A stretch of 48,682 nucleotides of DNA from Desulfobacterales bacterium. Its GTDB lineage: Bacteria > Desulfobacterota > Desulfobacteria > Desulfobacterales > JAOZSB01. Made by a program: the position numbers and the translations under genes. The notes beneath the pieces were generated by a model. That model searched no databases. It had not been told where the DNA came from and saw nothing but the letters and a program-made list of their open reading frames with translations. Numbering within the stretch: the stretch's first letter is position 1; every line of letters starts with the position of its first letter. The stretch is taken from positions 1 to 48,682 of the forward strand of contig JAOZSB010000002.1 of NCBI GenBank assembly GCA_029939895.1. The letters run 5' to 3'. Positions 19,568 to 29,080 of this stretch are shown in pieces.

Positions 19568-19850
19568 AAACACACAAAATCGGCGCAAACATAGACTCAC
19601 TGCAGGCATTAGAAATTTTTTCAGAATCAGCCAGGAAGACCAGACAGATACATTAGGATTTTTTTTCCTATGACAGGGACATTAGAAGACAGATTTCTCC
19701 TTCATTATGCGAGTTGCGCAGATTCAGAAAAAAATCAATCAATACTGCAAATGTTCCTGTGAAGTACTTCACACCTTAAAATCAACATCGCATGATAAGC
19801 ACGTTTAATGGTATTACATCCACTGAGTTAAATAGTAACAGTGCAGTACT

Positions 19851-20651
19851 TCAATAATGCCTCAGCATATCAGCCCTGCGCTTCTGCATTCTAAATATTT
19901 GTCCATTGTGAATATACTGAGTTAATATTTTTTCTGCACCACTGGCAAGCCTGATAAACCTGGCACCAATAAAGCTGTGGGGCTTGTTGGTGGTATTTTT
20001 TTTCCACACTACTCCTGCCTTGACGTTAAAGGACCATTTTTTTTCTTCAATGCTTGTATCGAGCAGGGTTATCCTGGTTTTAATCTTTTTCTTCCTATCA
20101 GAACGCAGCAAAGACTTAACAAGCTTTCCATCATTTGGGATCTGGAGACCAGTTCCCTGGATGGAAATATCCTGAAAATCAAAGTCTTCTCCAGAGCTGT
20201 AAATCTTACCATCAAGGGCGATTTTTGCATGCATGTCGTAATTAGTTCCAGGCCTGAACCTGAAGGATTCCCTGAGATTGATTTGCTTGACGGGCAGGGT
20301 GTAGGAAAGCTTGAGGATGTTTTCCCTTCTTCCCCTCGGCCCTTTGTAATTTTTGATGAACTTGAGGATCTGGCAGTCCATCCCAAACCTTATTTTTGAT
20401 TTGTCTTCCCCTTTGACCAGCGATGTGATCCACATTTTTCGATACTCAAATTCTGGCCGTGTCCTTGGGGTGGTTTGAGAAATCAGCATATTGTCGGTAA
20501 GGTAATTGTTCTTGTAAATCATGGCTCTTGTGATGATGTGATTGCCGTCATTGTTTTCAAAAGCTACGTCAACGCCAGTATCAGGTCCAAAGAGCTGGTA
20601 TAACTGTCGGTCTATGTCCTTTTTTTTGCGAAAAAAAGAAAAGATGCCCAT
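19851..20651 (-). CDS. PilZ domain protein, paralog 2
   Basis: RxxxR (LRESFRF) and DxSxxG (DISIQGTG). The start is set at ATG 20651 (MGIFSFFRKKK, parallel to MSIFSKWRRKK in paralog 1), preceded by gcgggggg. The tracked start at 20690 would sit 9 nt from the sigma54 -12 element. Confidence 0.7.
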   Translation of the reverse strand: MGIFSFFRKKKDIDRQLYQLFGPDTGVDVAFENNDGNHIITRAMIYKNNYLTDNMLISQTTPRTRPEFEYRKMWITSLVKGEDKSKIRFGMDCQILKFIKNYKGPRGRRENILKLSYTLPVKQINLRESFRFRPGTNYDMHAKIALDGKIYSSGEDFDFQDISIQGTGLQIPNDGKLVKSLLRSDRKKKIKTRITLLDTSIEEKKWSFNVKAGVVWKKNTTNKPHSFIGARFIRLASGAEKILTQYIHNGQIFRMQKRRADMLRHY

Positions 20652-20698
20652 GATGCCCCCCGCTTTTAAATTATTGTCACTCCCCGACAAAATAATAT

Positions 20699-20714
20699 TG
20701 CACCTTCAATGCCA
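20699..20714 (-). promoter_or_regulatory. Sigma54 (-24/-12) promoter for PilZ paralog 2
   Basis: The minus strand reads TGGCATtgaagGTGCA, at correct spacing, ~48 nt upstream of ATG 20651. The flanks tgcacctt(t/c)aatgccaaaaca are conserved between the two copies. Confidence 0.6.
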
Positions 20715-20901
20715 AAACATAACACACTGAAAACATGAAGTTTTCTAAAACAGGAGAACTCTGTCGGCAACATTGCAGCGGGCCGGATAAACCATCATGG
20801 AACTATTTTCCTAAGAAAATAGTATTAGAAATGCAACAAATTGAGTTTTGGATTATTTTTGATTTTACTTCCTGTTAACTTTGGATACGGGGATCCTGGC
20901 A

Positions 20902-21810
20902 CTAAAATGTATATTTCAGGGTAAGCATGGGATGTTTGTCTTTTCCGTGTGTGGACAGTTGCAGGCTGGTTCTTTTTTTCAGGTCGTTTATGAGACCCTC
21001 TTTTTTATGCTCGTTGTGCTTTTTTGCGCACCCGACTGCGCTGTAGATGTTGCCGGTGTAAAAGCCGGCTTCGACAAATGTCAGTATCCCGCCAAGTGCG
21101 TTCTGGTCGTTGTCAAAGGCTTCGTATGCAGCATAAGTTAAGAGGCTGTTTATAACAAATGAGATAAAAGCGTCTTTATATCTTTCGCAGTAAACATGCC
21201 CGGCTCCAGGAACTAATGCGAGCGTGCCGGCAAGCGTCGGGCTTTTATACCGGGAGTTCTCAATTGCTTCAAGATCCGGGGCTATGGTATCAACTTTATA
21301 CTTATCTTTTTCTTCTATTTCGTTGAATGTCTTCAGGGCCTTGCTGGTTTGCATTGCATCAACGTAAATCCAGGCAGCCCGGTATTTTGCTTTGTCTTTG
21401 ACTGCCTTATCCGACGAAATATCGGCAAGCGCCTTTAGTGCGGCTGCTGCCTGGGCAAGCTCCCCCTGCTTTTCATGGCAGGTTGCAACCCTTAAATATG
21501 CTTCCGTTGAAAGACTTGAACCCCTGTATTTATTGATATGGTCATAAAATATTTTCTGGGCCTGTTTTATTTTTCCAAGTTTTAAAAGGCATTCGCCAAC
21601 CATAAAGTTTGCTTTTTCGGCTTGTTCTTCTTCAGAAAAAAAGTGGACAAATCTTTTATATTCAGTAAGTGCGGATGAGTAGTCTTCCTGTGAAAACAGG
21701 AGCCGGGCATATTCAAACTGGGTGTCGGAAGTAATGATTATTGATTTCCCGCAATATGCTGGAGCGCAGGCAAAAAAGAATAGGATTGCCGTAATAATGG
21801 AGTTTTTCAT
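20902..21810 (-). CDS. TPR-repeat protein with signal peptide and C-terminal membrane segments (last gene of the T2SS cluster)
   Basis: Signal-like N-terminus MKNSIITAILFFFACAPAYC, then TPR-like repeats (YARLLFSQEDYSSALTEYKRF..., GECLLKLGKIKQAQKIF..., ATCHEKQGELAQAAAALKAL). Two hydrophobic helices lie near the C-terminus. It starts 19 nt after the gspE stop. Confidence 0.7.
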   Translation of the reverse strand: MKNSIITAILFFFACAPAYCGKSIIITSDTQFEYARLLFSQEDYSSALTEYKRFVHFFSEEEQAEKANFMVGECLLKLGKIKQAQKIFYDHINKYRGSSLSTEAYLRVATCHEKQGELAQAAAALKALADISSDKAVKDKAKYRAAWIYVDAMQTSKALKTFNEIEEKDKYKVDTIAPDLEAIENSRYKSPTLAGTLALVPGAGHVYCERYKDAFISFVINSLLTYAAYEAFDNDQNALGGILTFVEAGFYTGNIYSAVGCAKKHNEHKKEGLINDLKKRTSLQLSTHGKDKHPMLTLKYTF

Positions 21811-21829
21811 ATTTTCCTGCCAGGCGGGT

Positions 21830-23554
21830 TTAGATATGTGTTACCCGAATAATTTCATCAATGGTTGTCGTGCCGTTAAGCAGTTTGGCAATGCCGTCTT
21901 CCCTGAGTGTTACCATGCCTTCTTTTTTTGCCAGCTTTTTTATGGAATTGGCATCGCTGGTTTTAACAATAAGACTTTTTATTTCATCGTTAAGCACCAT
22001 GAGTTCATAGATACCCAGCCTGCCCCTGAAGCCAGTGTTAAAGCAGAGGTGGCATCCTTTCTGCTGATAAATAACTGCACCGCTGGAAAAGAAATCATCA
22101 GGATCAACTCCCAACCCTTCGAGTGAAGATCTGTCCGGCACGTAGGGTTCCCTGCATTCATCACACAGAACTCTTACAAGACGCTGCGCGATTATTCCAA
22201 GGAGGGACGACGAGATCAAAAATGGCTCGATTCCCATATCCACAAGCCTTGTCATGGTTCCGGCTGAGTCGTTGGTGTGGAGCGTTGAAAGGACAAGGTG
22301 GCCTGTCAAGGCGGACTGGATGGCTATCTCTGCTGTTTCCTGATCACGAATTTCTCCTATCAGTATCACGTCCGGATCCTGGCGCAGTATTGCCCGCAGG
22401 CCGCTTGCAAAGGTAAGACCGATTTTGGAGTTCACCTGGATCTGCCCTATTCCGCTTATCTGGTATTCAACAGGATCTTCAACAGTAATAATGTTAATAT
22501 CCGGTGTGTTGATTGCTGTGAGAACAGCATAAAGGGTCGTGGTTTTTCCGCTTCCTGTTGGCCCTGTGACCAGCATGATTCCGTTGGGGTTGCGTATCAG
22601 GCGGTTAATGGAATCAAGGCGATCCTTTGGCACACCGATGTCTTCAAGCTTGAGCAGGCTTGATGATTTGCTCAAGAGCCTCATAACGATTCGTTCGCCA
22701 AATGATGTTGGAATGGTCGAGACACGAAGGTCAACCATCTGGTCGCCAATCCGCACCTCAAACCTGCCGTCCTGGGGCAGTCGTTTTTCTGCAATATTAA
22801 GCTTGGCCATGATTTTAATTCTGGATATCAGGGCCGGCTGAACCCTTTTTGGAGGGGTCAGCATATCATAGAGGATGCCGTCAATTCTGTAGCGGATCTT
22901 GAAGCTGTTGTGCTGCGGCTGCATGTGAATATCACTTGCCCGTTCCTTTATGGCCTTGGATATAACATGATTTACCAGCTTTATTATTGGTGCATCGCTT
23001 GTATCGTCAAGAAGATCGGCGGTCTCTTCAATTTCGCTCATTATGCCCGATGCATCGTCTTCCATATCCTGAACAAGCTGTTCTGCCGAGTTGACGTTTG
23101 CGGAGTCGTACCAGTCGTTGATAGCCGAGGCAATGGAATCCCTGGAGGCAAGCACCAGCTTGCACCCTTCCATTTCCAAAAGCCTGGCAAGGTCTTCGGC
23201 AGGGCTTAGTGATGCAGGATTATTTACTGCTATTACGCAGGCCCGCCCGCCGGTTGAATCCTCTGGGGAATCTGCTTTTTCAATCGGAACCATGCGGTAC
23301 TGCTTGAGAAACTGGATTGGAATTTTTTGTGTAAATTCCGGCCCAAAGGAGACAGGCGGCAGTTTGGCCCAGATAGGCAGATCGTACAAAAAAGTATAAG
23401 CAACCAGAAGCTGCTTTTCTGTTATGGATTTTTTCATAACAAGGATATCGCCAATGCTTCCACCCTTGTTAAGCTTATGCTGGGCTGCATCTTTTATGTC
23501 TTCTTCGGGAACACCAAAGGAGTCTATCAGTATTTTAGAAAAGCTTTGTCTCAT
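21830..23554 (-). CDS. gspE: Type II secretion ATPase GspE (PulE family)
   Basis: 574 aa. It has an N-terminal T2SSE_N-like domain, Walker A GPTGSGKTTT, Asp box, Walker B ILIGEIRD, His box TGHLVLSTLHTN and the tetracysteine CDEC...C..C motif. Confidence 0.9.
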   Translation of the reverse strand: MRQSFSKILIDSFGVPEEDIKDAAQHKLNKGGSIGDILVMKKSITEKQLLVAYTFLYDLPIWAKLPPVSFGPEFTQKIPIQFLKQYRMVPIEKADSPEDSTGGRACVIAVNNPASLSPAEDLARLLEMEGCKLVLASRDSIASAINDWYDSANVNSAEQLVQDMEDDASGIMSEIEETADLLDDTSDAPIIKLVNHVISKAIKERASDIHMQPQHNSFKIRYRIDGILYDMLTPPKRVQPALISRIKIMAKLNIAEKRLPQDGRFEVRIGDQMVDLRVSTIPTSFGERIVMRLLSKSSSLLKLEDIGVPKDRLDSINRLIRNPNGIMLVTGPTGSGKTTTLYAVLTAINTPDINIITVEDPVEYQISGIGQIQVNSKIGLTFASGLRAILRQDPDVILIGEIRDQETAEIAIQSALTGHLVLSTLHTNDSAGTMTRLVDMGIEPFLISSSLLGIIAQRLVRVLCDECREPYVPDRSSLEGLGVDPDDFFSSGAVIYQQKGCHLCFNTGFRGRLGIYELMVLNDEIKSLIVKTSDANSIKKLAKKEGMVTLREDGIAKLLNGTTTIDEIIRVTHI

Positions 23555-23647
23555 CTGTCCTCAATTTAACGCTGTACAAAATCTCTTTGTATACCCGTAA
23601 CCATGCAAGGTTAAGCCCTGGTTATGGAATTGGTCAAGGGCAAAAAA

Positions 23648-25879
23648 TTATTTACCCAGCTTGATTCTGCCTTCTTTTATCCGGTCTATATGGGTTTTCT
23701 TATCATCATATATTTTTCCTGCCTCAGCAGGCGACTTTATTACATGAGGTGTAAGAAAAATATACAGGTTTGTCTTGTCGACTCCCTTTACCATATTCTT
23801 GAACGCCCACCCAAGGATCGGCACGTCACCAAGGCATGGAACCTTGTAGGTTGTCTTGGAAAAGCTGTCGTCAATCAACCCTCCGATTACAACCGTGTTT
23901 TTATCCTTTACTATAACCGTTGTGTCGATAGTTCTTTTCAGGGTTGTGGGGGTTTCGTCATCAGCGGCAGACTCCAGCTTGTTTACTTCCTGAGAAATCT
24001 TCAGCCGCACAAGCCTGTCCTTGGATATGTGGGGTGTTATTGTAAGTGTGATACCCACATCCTTGTACTCATAATTTGTATATGTTTCGTTTCCAGTCGT
24101 TTCGCCAGTCTTGGTTTGAATAGGGACATTGCTTCCTACATAAATTTTTGCTTCTGCATTATCAGAAGTCAGTATCTGTGGAGTAGAAAGAATTTGAATG
24201 TCTTCATCCTTTTTAAAAGCCTTGACCATTGCCGCAAGGTTTGGAAATTGAATACCGGCAATATTCAGGGTCTCGCTGAAAATTCCCATGGAAAAGCCAG
24301 AGGGCAACGCACCTGTTGCAGCTGCGTTTGCCGGGGTTATTGAGGAAATGCTGGAGGAATCGGTTTCGTTTATAAAACCACCGCTGAACCCGCCGCTTCT
24401 TGAGGTTCCAATCCTTGTCCGTCCTGCGCCCATCCACTCGGTACCCATTTCAAAATCTTTTTCAATGTTTACTTCCATAATAAGGCATTCAATGTAAACC
24501 ATTGACCGGGGAATATCGAGTTTTTCGATGATTCCAAGAATTGCATCATACTCGTTTTTATTTGCAGTTATTATCAGACTGTTTGTTGCCGCATCAAACT
24601 GTATCCTTACGTCCTTGGATATAACAGGTTTGGTTTCTTTCTTTGATTTGCCAGCAGTAGTTTTTTTTGCAGATGCATCGGGGATCGATTGAAGTACTTT
24701 TGCAAGTTCTTCTGCCGTTGCATTTTCACAGTAGTAAACATGGTAATTGTTCGAGCCTCTGGGTGCAGCTTTATCGAGCATGGAGATGAGCTGCTTGATT
24801 TTTTCTGTGTCCCTTTCAGTGGCAAGCATTACTATGGAGTTTGTTCTTTCATCGGAAACCAGACTTACTTCATCTGTTACCGGGGCCGCTACAACCTTCT
24901 TTCCTGTTTTTTTGGTTGAAGATTTAAAAATTTTGGTAAGTGTGCTTTCCATTGTTTTTGCAAGAGCATACTCAAGGGGAACAATTGTAATCACACGCCC
25001 GGTTCCAGGAACATCGATTATTTCAATAATTTCTTTCAGTCTTTTAATGTTGGAAAGAAAATCTGTTATAATAAGCATGTTCGATGGTTCGTATGATTGG
25101 AGGATGCTTGTCTTTGGTATAAACGGTGTGAGGGTCTTTCTCACTTCTCTTGTTTTGGCATTTTTCAGCGTTATTAGCTGGGTTACAATCTTGTCGCCTG
25201 CTCCTGTTTTCTTTCCGCTCAGGGTATCTACGCTTTTTGTCCTGGCATTAACTGCCCTTACAATCTTTACTACTTCTCCGGCTTCAACTGTGGTGAATCC
25301 ATGCACCTCAAGAACAGACTCAAATACATTATATGCTTCGCTGACAGTAAGTTTGGACGGGGATATTATTGTCACCTTCGCCCTTACCCTTGGGTCTATG
25401 ACAAAATTCTTTTTTGTGAGTTCAGAAATAAACTTGATAAACATTCTTAAGTCAACATCTTTAAAATCAATCGACACAAGATCGCCAGTATCAGGTTTTA
25501 TCATGGCTGGTGCAGTACTTGCCTCAACCGGCGCATAGCCAGGTGCTGTGTCCTCAAGGATTGGCGGGGCTACAGGTGTGCTGCTGACCTCCGTCAGTAA
25601 TGGAGCGTAAACATATCCCCTGGCGGTTGATTCATCATCTGTCGGAGCATTCAACGGAAAAATCGCATACCAGTTCGCATCTAAAAAAGCTGCCTTTACA
25701 CGTTCTCCATTAAAAAGCACGCCAATCGCCTTGAATGAGGTTGACCTTCCCTCGCGAATATTTACATTTTGACCTGTTGTCATGATGAGAGCATCTTCCG
25801 CAAGGCTGATGCCGGGGAAGAAGATTGTCACCATTAACAGTAAACCCATCGCCATTCTGTATTTTGACAAGTATCTCAT
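23648..25879 (-). CDS. gspD: Type II secretion secretin GspD with an N-terminal SH3b-like domain
   Basis: Secretin C-domain with VPCLGDVPILGWAFK...LYIFLTPHVI and repeated N-domains. The start is chosen at ATG 25879 (MRYLSKYRMAMGLLLMVTIFFPGISLA signal peptide); the tracked start at 25942 is a TTG. After the signal peptide: NVNIREGRSTSFKAIGVLFNGERVKAAFLDANWYAIF...GYVYAPLL (bacterial SH3 pattern). Confidence 0.88.
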   Translation of the reverse strand: MRYLSKYRMAMGLLLMVTIFFPGISLAEDALIMTTGQNVNIREGRSTSFKAIGVLFNGERVKAAFLDANWYAIFPLNAPTDDESTARGYVYAPLLTEVSSTPVAPPILEDTAPGYAPVEASTAPAMIKPDTGDLVSIDFKDVDLRMFIKFISELTKKNFVIDPRVRAKVTIISPSKLTVSEAYNVFESVLEVHGFTTVEAGEVVKIVRAVNARTKSVDTLSGKKTGAGDKIVTQLITLKNAKTREVRKTLTPFIPKTSILQSYEPSNMLIITDFLSNIKRLKEIIEIIDVPGTGRVITIVPLEYALAKTMESTLTKIFKSSTKKTGKKVVAAPVTDEVSLVSDERTNSIVMLATERDTEKIKQLISMLDKAAPRGSNNYHVYYCENATAEELAKVLQSIPDASAKKTTAGKSKKETKPVISKDVRIQFDAATNSLIITANKNEYDAILGIIEKLDIPRSMVYIECLIMEVNIEKDFEMGTEWMGAGRTRIGTSRSGGFSGGFINETDSSSISSITPANAAATGALPSGFSMGIFSETLNIAGIQFPNLAAMVKAFKKDEDIQILSTPQILTSDNAEAKIYVGSNVPIQTKTGETTGNETYTNYEYKDVGITLTITPHISKDRLVRLKISQEVNKLESAADDETPTTLKRTIDTTVIVKDKNTVVIGGLIDDSFSKTTYKVPCLGDVPILGWAFKNMVKGVDKTNLYIFLTPHVIKSPAEAGKIYDDKKTHIDRIKEGRIKLGK

Positions 25880-25943
25880 TTTTGGTTTCCGTATTATTTC
25901 GACCATGTTAAAAAAATATTTCCTTATTATAATTGTACACAAA

Positions 25944-26819
25944 CTACTTCAGGCTTACCATCAGGGACTTGCGTTTGCCTTTTCTGATAATACTTATTTC
26001 TGTTTTAGAGTTATTTAACAAACCACCAAAAAACTGCTTTACGTCCGACATCGAAGCGATTCCAACCCCGTCAACTCCGATAACAGCATCATTATTTCTA
26101 AGCCCAAGTTTCCTGAACAAAGCACCAGCCTTAATGTAAACAAGCTTGATGCCTATCACTACACCATTCTCTGAATATTGCTCAATTCTGGCTTCCTTCA
26201 TCAGCTCGTCAACATTTGCAAGCCGTCTTTCCAGAGTAGACTTTTTTATTTTTTTTCTTATGACATCGTCTTGATTGTCTGTTTCCTCTCCTGAATCATC
26301 CTGTGGATATGGAACAGGTGCGCTGCCGCCAGGGGAAGGTTTTGAAACTGTTTCCATTTCAAGAATCTGGTCTTTGCCATTGTGAGTAATTACTACTTTT
26401 TCCCTGAGCACAGCCTTAACAACAGCACTGGCTATCTGCTGCCCGGCTGCATAGAGGTTTTGCTGGCCCCCTTTTTCCTGGATCACAGCATATGTTTTGC
26501 CGCCGGAAGTGACTGTCCCCCAAAGCACAAGATTGAGAGCAGTTTTTTCCAGAGCGTTTACGTTAATTTTTCCTTCTTCCTGCTCAGAGCTTGTCTTGAT
26601 ATTAAGAACATTTCGTCGCACAATGCCTTCGTAATGCTTCCAGGGCCTGACAGCATCGTGGCTGCTTTCGCCTGTTTCAAGGGTTTTGCTTACATTGGCA
26701 GCTATCAAGGGTTTTGCAGCCTCTTTTTTACCTGCCTCAACGGACTGATATACATTGAAGCCCAGCAGCACTGCTCCTGCAAGTAAAAATAAATTTATAT
26801 AAAAAAGGTATTTTTCCAT
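25944..26819 (-). CDS. gspC: GspC-like T2SS protein (N-terminal TM anchor, C-terminal PDZ domain)
   Basis: TM helix YLFYINLFLLAGAVLLGFNVY. PDZ-like GIKLVYIKAGALFRKLGLRNNDAVIGVDGVGIASMSDV...ISIIRKGK. It sits immediately upstream of gspD. Confidence 0.65.
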   Translation of the reverse strand: MEKYLFYINLFLLAGAVLLGFNVYQSVEAGKKEAAKPLIAANVSKTLETGESSHDAVRPWKHYEGIVRRNVLNIKTSSEQEEGKINVNALEKTALNLVLWGTVTSGGKTYAVIQEKGGQQNLYAAGQQIASAVVKAVLREKVVITHNGKDQILEMETVSKPSPGGSAPVPYPQDDSGEETDNQDDVIRKKIKKSTLERRLANVDELMKEARIEQYSENGVVIGIKLVYIKAGALFRKLGLRNNDAVIGVDGVGIASMSDVKQFFGGLLNNSKTEISIIRKGKRKSLMVSLK

Positions 26820-26845
26820 GCTTTTATCTCACCAGTGGTTTTGCC

Positions 26846-27382
26846 TCACTCAACCTTGTTGCCTATTGTTTCAACCTGAAGCACTGCGCTGGCGAGGTCC
26901 TTTGCCTTTCCCGTCTTTGTTATTGATATTCGCTTTATTGTTATTGCATTTGGAGATGTTTCAACCTTGTACAAAAATTTAACAAGCTGTTCCATGTCAA
27001 GGCCGTCAAGCTTCATCTCCACCGTTGAAATTGTGTATTTATTATCCTTGCTGACGGCGGTAAAGGGCTTCATATAAGCCACATTCTGTTTAATTCCGGC
27101 AACACCTGCCATTCTATCCATATCAGAAAACAGGGTAAACCCTCTCTTCCGTTTTGCTATCCGCTTTTTGGCAAAGTCAGCCTTGAGCATCAACCGCTCA
27201 AATTCAGCTTTCAAAAGCACCAAATCAAGAAGAACGCTTTTTTTACTCTTTATGGTTTTTTCCTGCCTGGTTCTTTTATTCAAAAGGGGCGTTATAACAA
27301 ACTGGTGCATTCCAAATACAACAAGGACGGTTGCGCCAATTATTAACGTTATAATATCCCTTTTTGTTACTTTTGCAGCCAT
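26846..27382 (-). CDS. gspM: GspM/PilO-like T2SS inner-membrane protein
   Basis: 178 aa with a single N-terminal TM (IITLIIGATVLVVFGMHQFVI), then a coiled segment and an alpha/beta domain. It lies between gspL-like and gspC-like genes. The call rests on size, topology and context only. Confidence 0.5.
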   Translation of the reverse strand: MAAKVTKRDIITLIIGATVLVVFGMHQFVITPLLNKRTRQEKTIKSKKSVLLDLVLLKAEFERLMLKADFAKKRIAKRKRGFTLFSDMDRMAGVAGIKQNVAYMKPFTAVSKDNKYTISTVEMKLDGLDMEQLVKFLYKVETSPNAITIKRISITKTGKAKDLASAVLQVETIGNKVE

Positions 27383-27409
27383 TGCTTCTTTGTCCTGTGT
27401 TCATGCAGA

Positions 27410-28849
27410 CTATTGAAAGTCTATCATAAGTTTAAATCTGACATATTTGCCAGACCTGTCAGTATTTGCAGAGCCAATTGTTACGGCAGTAAATATGCCG
27501 GTTTTTTCCAGGTTATTTTTTATAGCATCAATGTTGTTGAAGGTCTTTGTTGTACCCGATAATATTATTTTTACAGGAGATATAACTATACTTTGAATCT
27601 CTGTTCCCATGGAAACCGGCACACCAGCGCTGATCTCGTTAAGAAGATCGAGTGTTTTCATACCCTCAACAGGTGCGCCTGAAAGGCCAAGCTTTTCACC
27701 CAACTCATCCATTTTTGTTTTCATTTGCTGAACTGGATCAACAATTCTCTTAACCTCTGGAAAGGTTGATTTGAAAACCGAGGCTATGGTATTTTTAATA
27801 AGATTTTCTCTTTTTGAATTCATATTTATTGAATACAAAATATCAAACATAAAAATTCCAAAAAGAAGAATCAGAAGTGCTGCGGTAACAGACAGGCTTT
27901 TTTTATTTTCAACAAACTGCATGGGAGAAGCCAGGGAGCGGCTTGCTGCAAAGTTAATGCTTGCCAGGCCTTCTGCCTCGGCTGTTGCCAGTGCAAGAGC
28001 GTTAATGAAGCCATCATTTTTGGGCTGTGATCCGCTTTCCAGGTTTAACTTTTCTGATAAATCCTCTGGTGTTACTTCAAATGCCTCACATTCGAGAAGC
28101 TCACCAATCCTGTCCACAAAGGCTTCACCAACTGCACCGGAAACCACGACCTTTTCCAGCACAAAGTCTGTACCCGCCAGATCTTCAAGCGAAGCGATGG
28201 TTCTCTGGAGTTCAAGAACTGCTGCAGCAGCCTCCATTTTGCCGATAATGTTTACAGAGCGCACCTGGGCTATCTTTTTTTCATGGATAAGGGATATCGT
28301 ACAAATTTTGCCGTCAAGGTCGATAAACGCACCGTTTTCCAGCGCACCAGAGCGTGTTAAAAGTGCTGCGATGGAAAAACCTCTGGCAGTAATCGTGGAA
28401 GTCGTTATCCGAAACCCTGAAAAAGTTCTTCTGTATGAAGACATTTTTTTTCTGTCTATAATACATGTAAGAATATCTGATTTACCCTCTCTGCCGGGCA
28501 AACTTGCAGGCATGAAATCAAGTTTCACTTCATCCACAGGCACTGCAAGAGAAGGCTCTATCTCGAATTTGAGTATTTGTTTAATTTTTTTTGGTTCACT
28601 AAAGGGAAGCTCAATCACCCGGAATGAAGTGTCAGTTGCAGGCAGAGAAACTGCACAGGCAGAATCAAAAAAGTTCATTCTGGCCGCAAGTTCCGCCAAA
28701 GCATCGGCCAGACCTTCTGGAAAGTCTTTATCTTCCGGGATGGGGCAAGACTCAGCCGTCTCAATCGCAAGCATCTTGCGATTCAAGAGCAGTGTCACAA
28801 CATAAACACTGTCTTCCCTGATATCTATACCTGTTATTTTTTTAGCCAT
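27410..28849 (-). CDS. gspL: GspL-like protein (actin-like PilM-type cytoplasmic domain + TM + PilN-like periplasmic domain)
   Basis: 479 aa. The N-terminus KKITGIDIREDSVYVVTL is typical of PilM/GspL actin-like domains. A central TM LSVTAALLILLFGIFMFDILY is followed by a ~130-aa periplasmic part. Confidence 0.6.
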   Translation of the reverse strand: MAKKITGIDIREDSVYVVTLLLNRKMLAIETAESCPIPEDKDFPEGLADALAELAARMNFFDSACAVSLPATDTSFRVIELPFSEPKKIKQILKFEIEPSLAVPVDEVKLDFMPASLPGREGKSDILTCIIDRKKMSSYRRTFSGFRITTSTITARGFSIAALLTRSGALENGAFIDLDGKICTISLIHEKKIAQVRSVNIIGKMEAAAAVLELQRTIASLEDLAGTDFVLEKVVVSGAVGEAFVDRIGELLECEAFEVTPEDLSEKLNLESGSQPKNDGFINALALATAEAEGLASINFAASRSLASPMQFVENKKSLSVTAALLILLFGIFMFDILYSINMNSKRENLIKNTIASVFKSTFPEVKRIVDPVQQMKTKMDELGEKLGLSGAPVEGMKTLDLLNEISAGVPVSMGTEIQSIVISPVKIILSGTTKTFNNIDAIKNNLEKTGIFTAVTIGSANTDRSGKYVRFKLMIDFQ

Positions 28850-29080
28850 TTAAAATCAACCGTGCAATTTGCAGAATTATTTTAGATTTTTTAAGTTGTT
28901 CTTAATTTCAAAAAATCCTAATTCAAAAATAGTTTTTTTATAAAATAAGTGATACTATTACATAATATTAAATCAAAAATTTGGCAACAAAAAAATATTA
29001 CCCGACTTCCTGCATCTTTTTTTCTAATGAACTCTTGAGGGTAACAGTTAACCAGGACAGTATAGTAAATAGTTAAAAAG

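Noticed and set aside
23360-23554. MshEN-type c-di-GMP binding motif in the GspE N-terminal domain
   Set aside because: SIGDILVMKKSITEKQLLVAY follows the hydrophobic pattern of RLGxxLLxxGLIxxxxLxxxLxxQ. However, it lacks the Arg, the second Gly and the Gln, and there is only one copy, so binding is not supported.
27771-28805. 344-aa plus-strand ORF opposite gspL (similar cases opposite gyrA at 15637..16305, gspF at 33014..33676 and gspD at 24747..25538)
   Set aside because: These are Ser/Ala/Ile-rich antisense shadows with no start context. The sense genes have clear family signatures and operon context.
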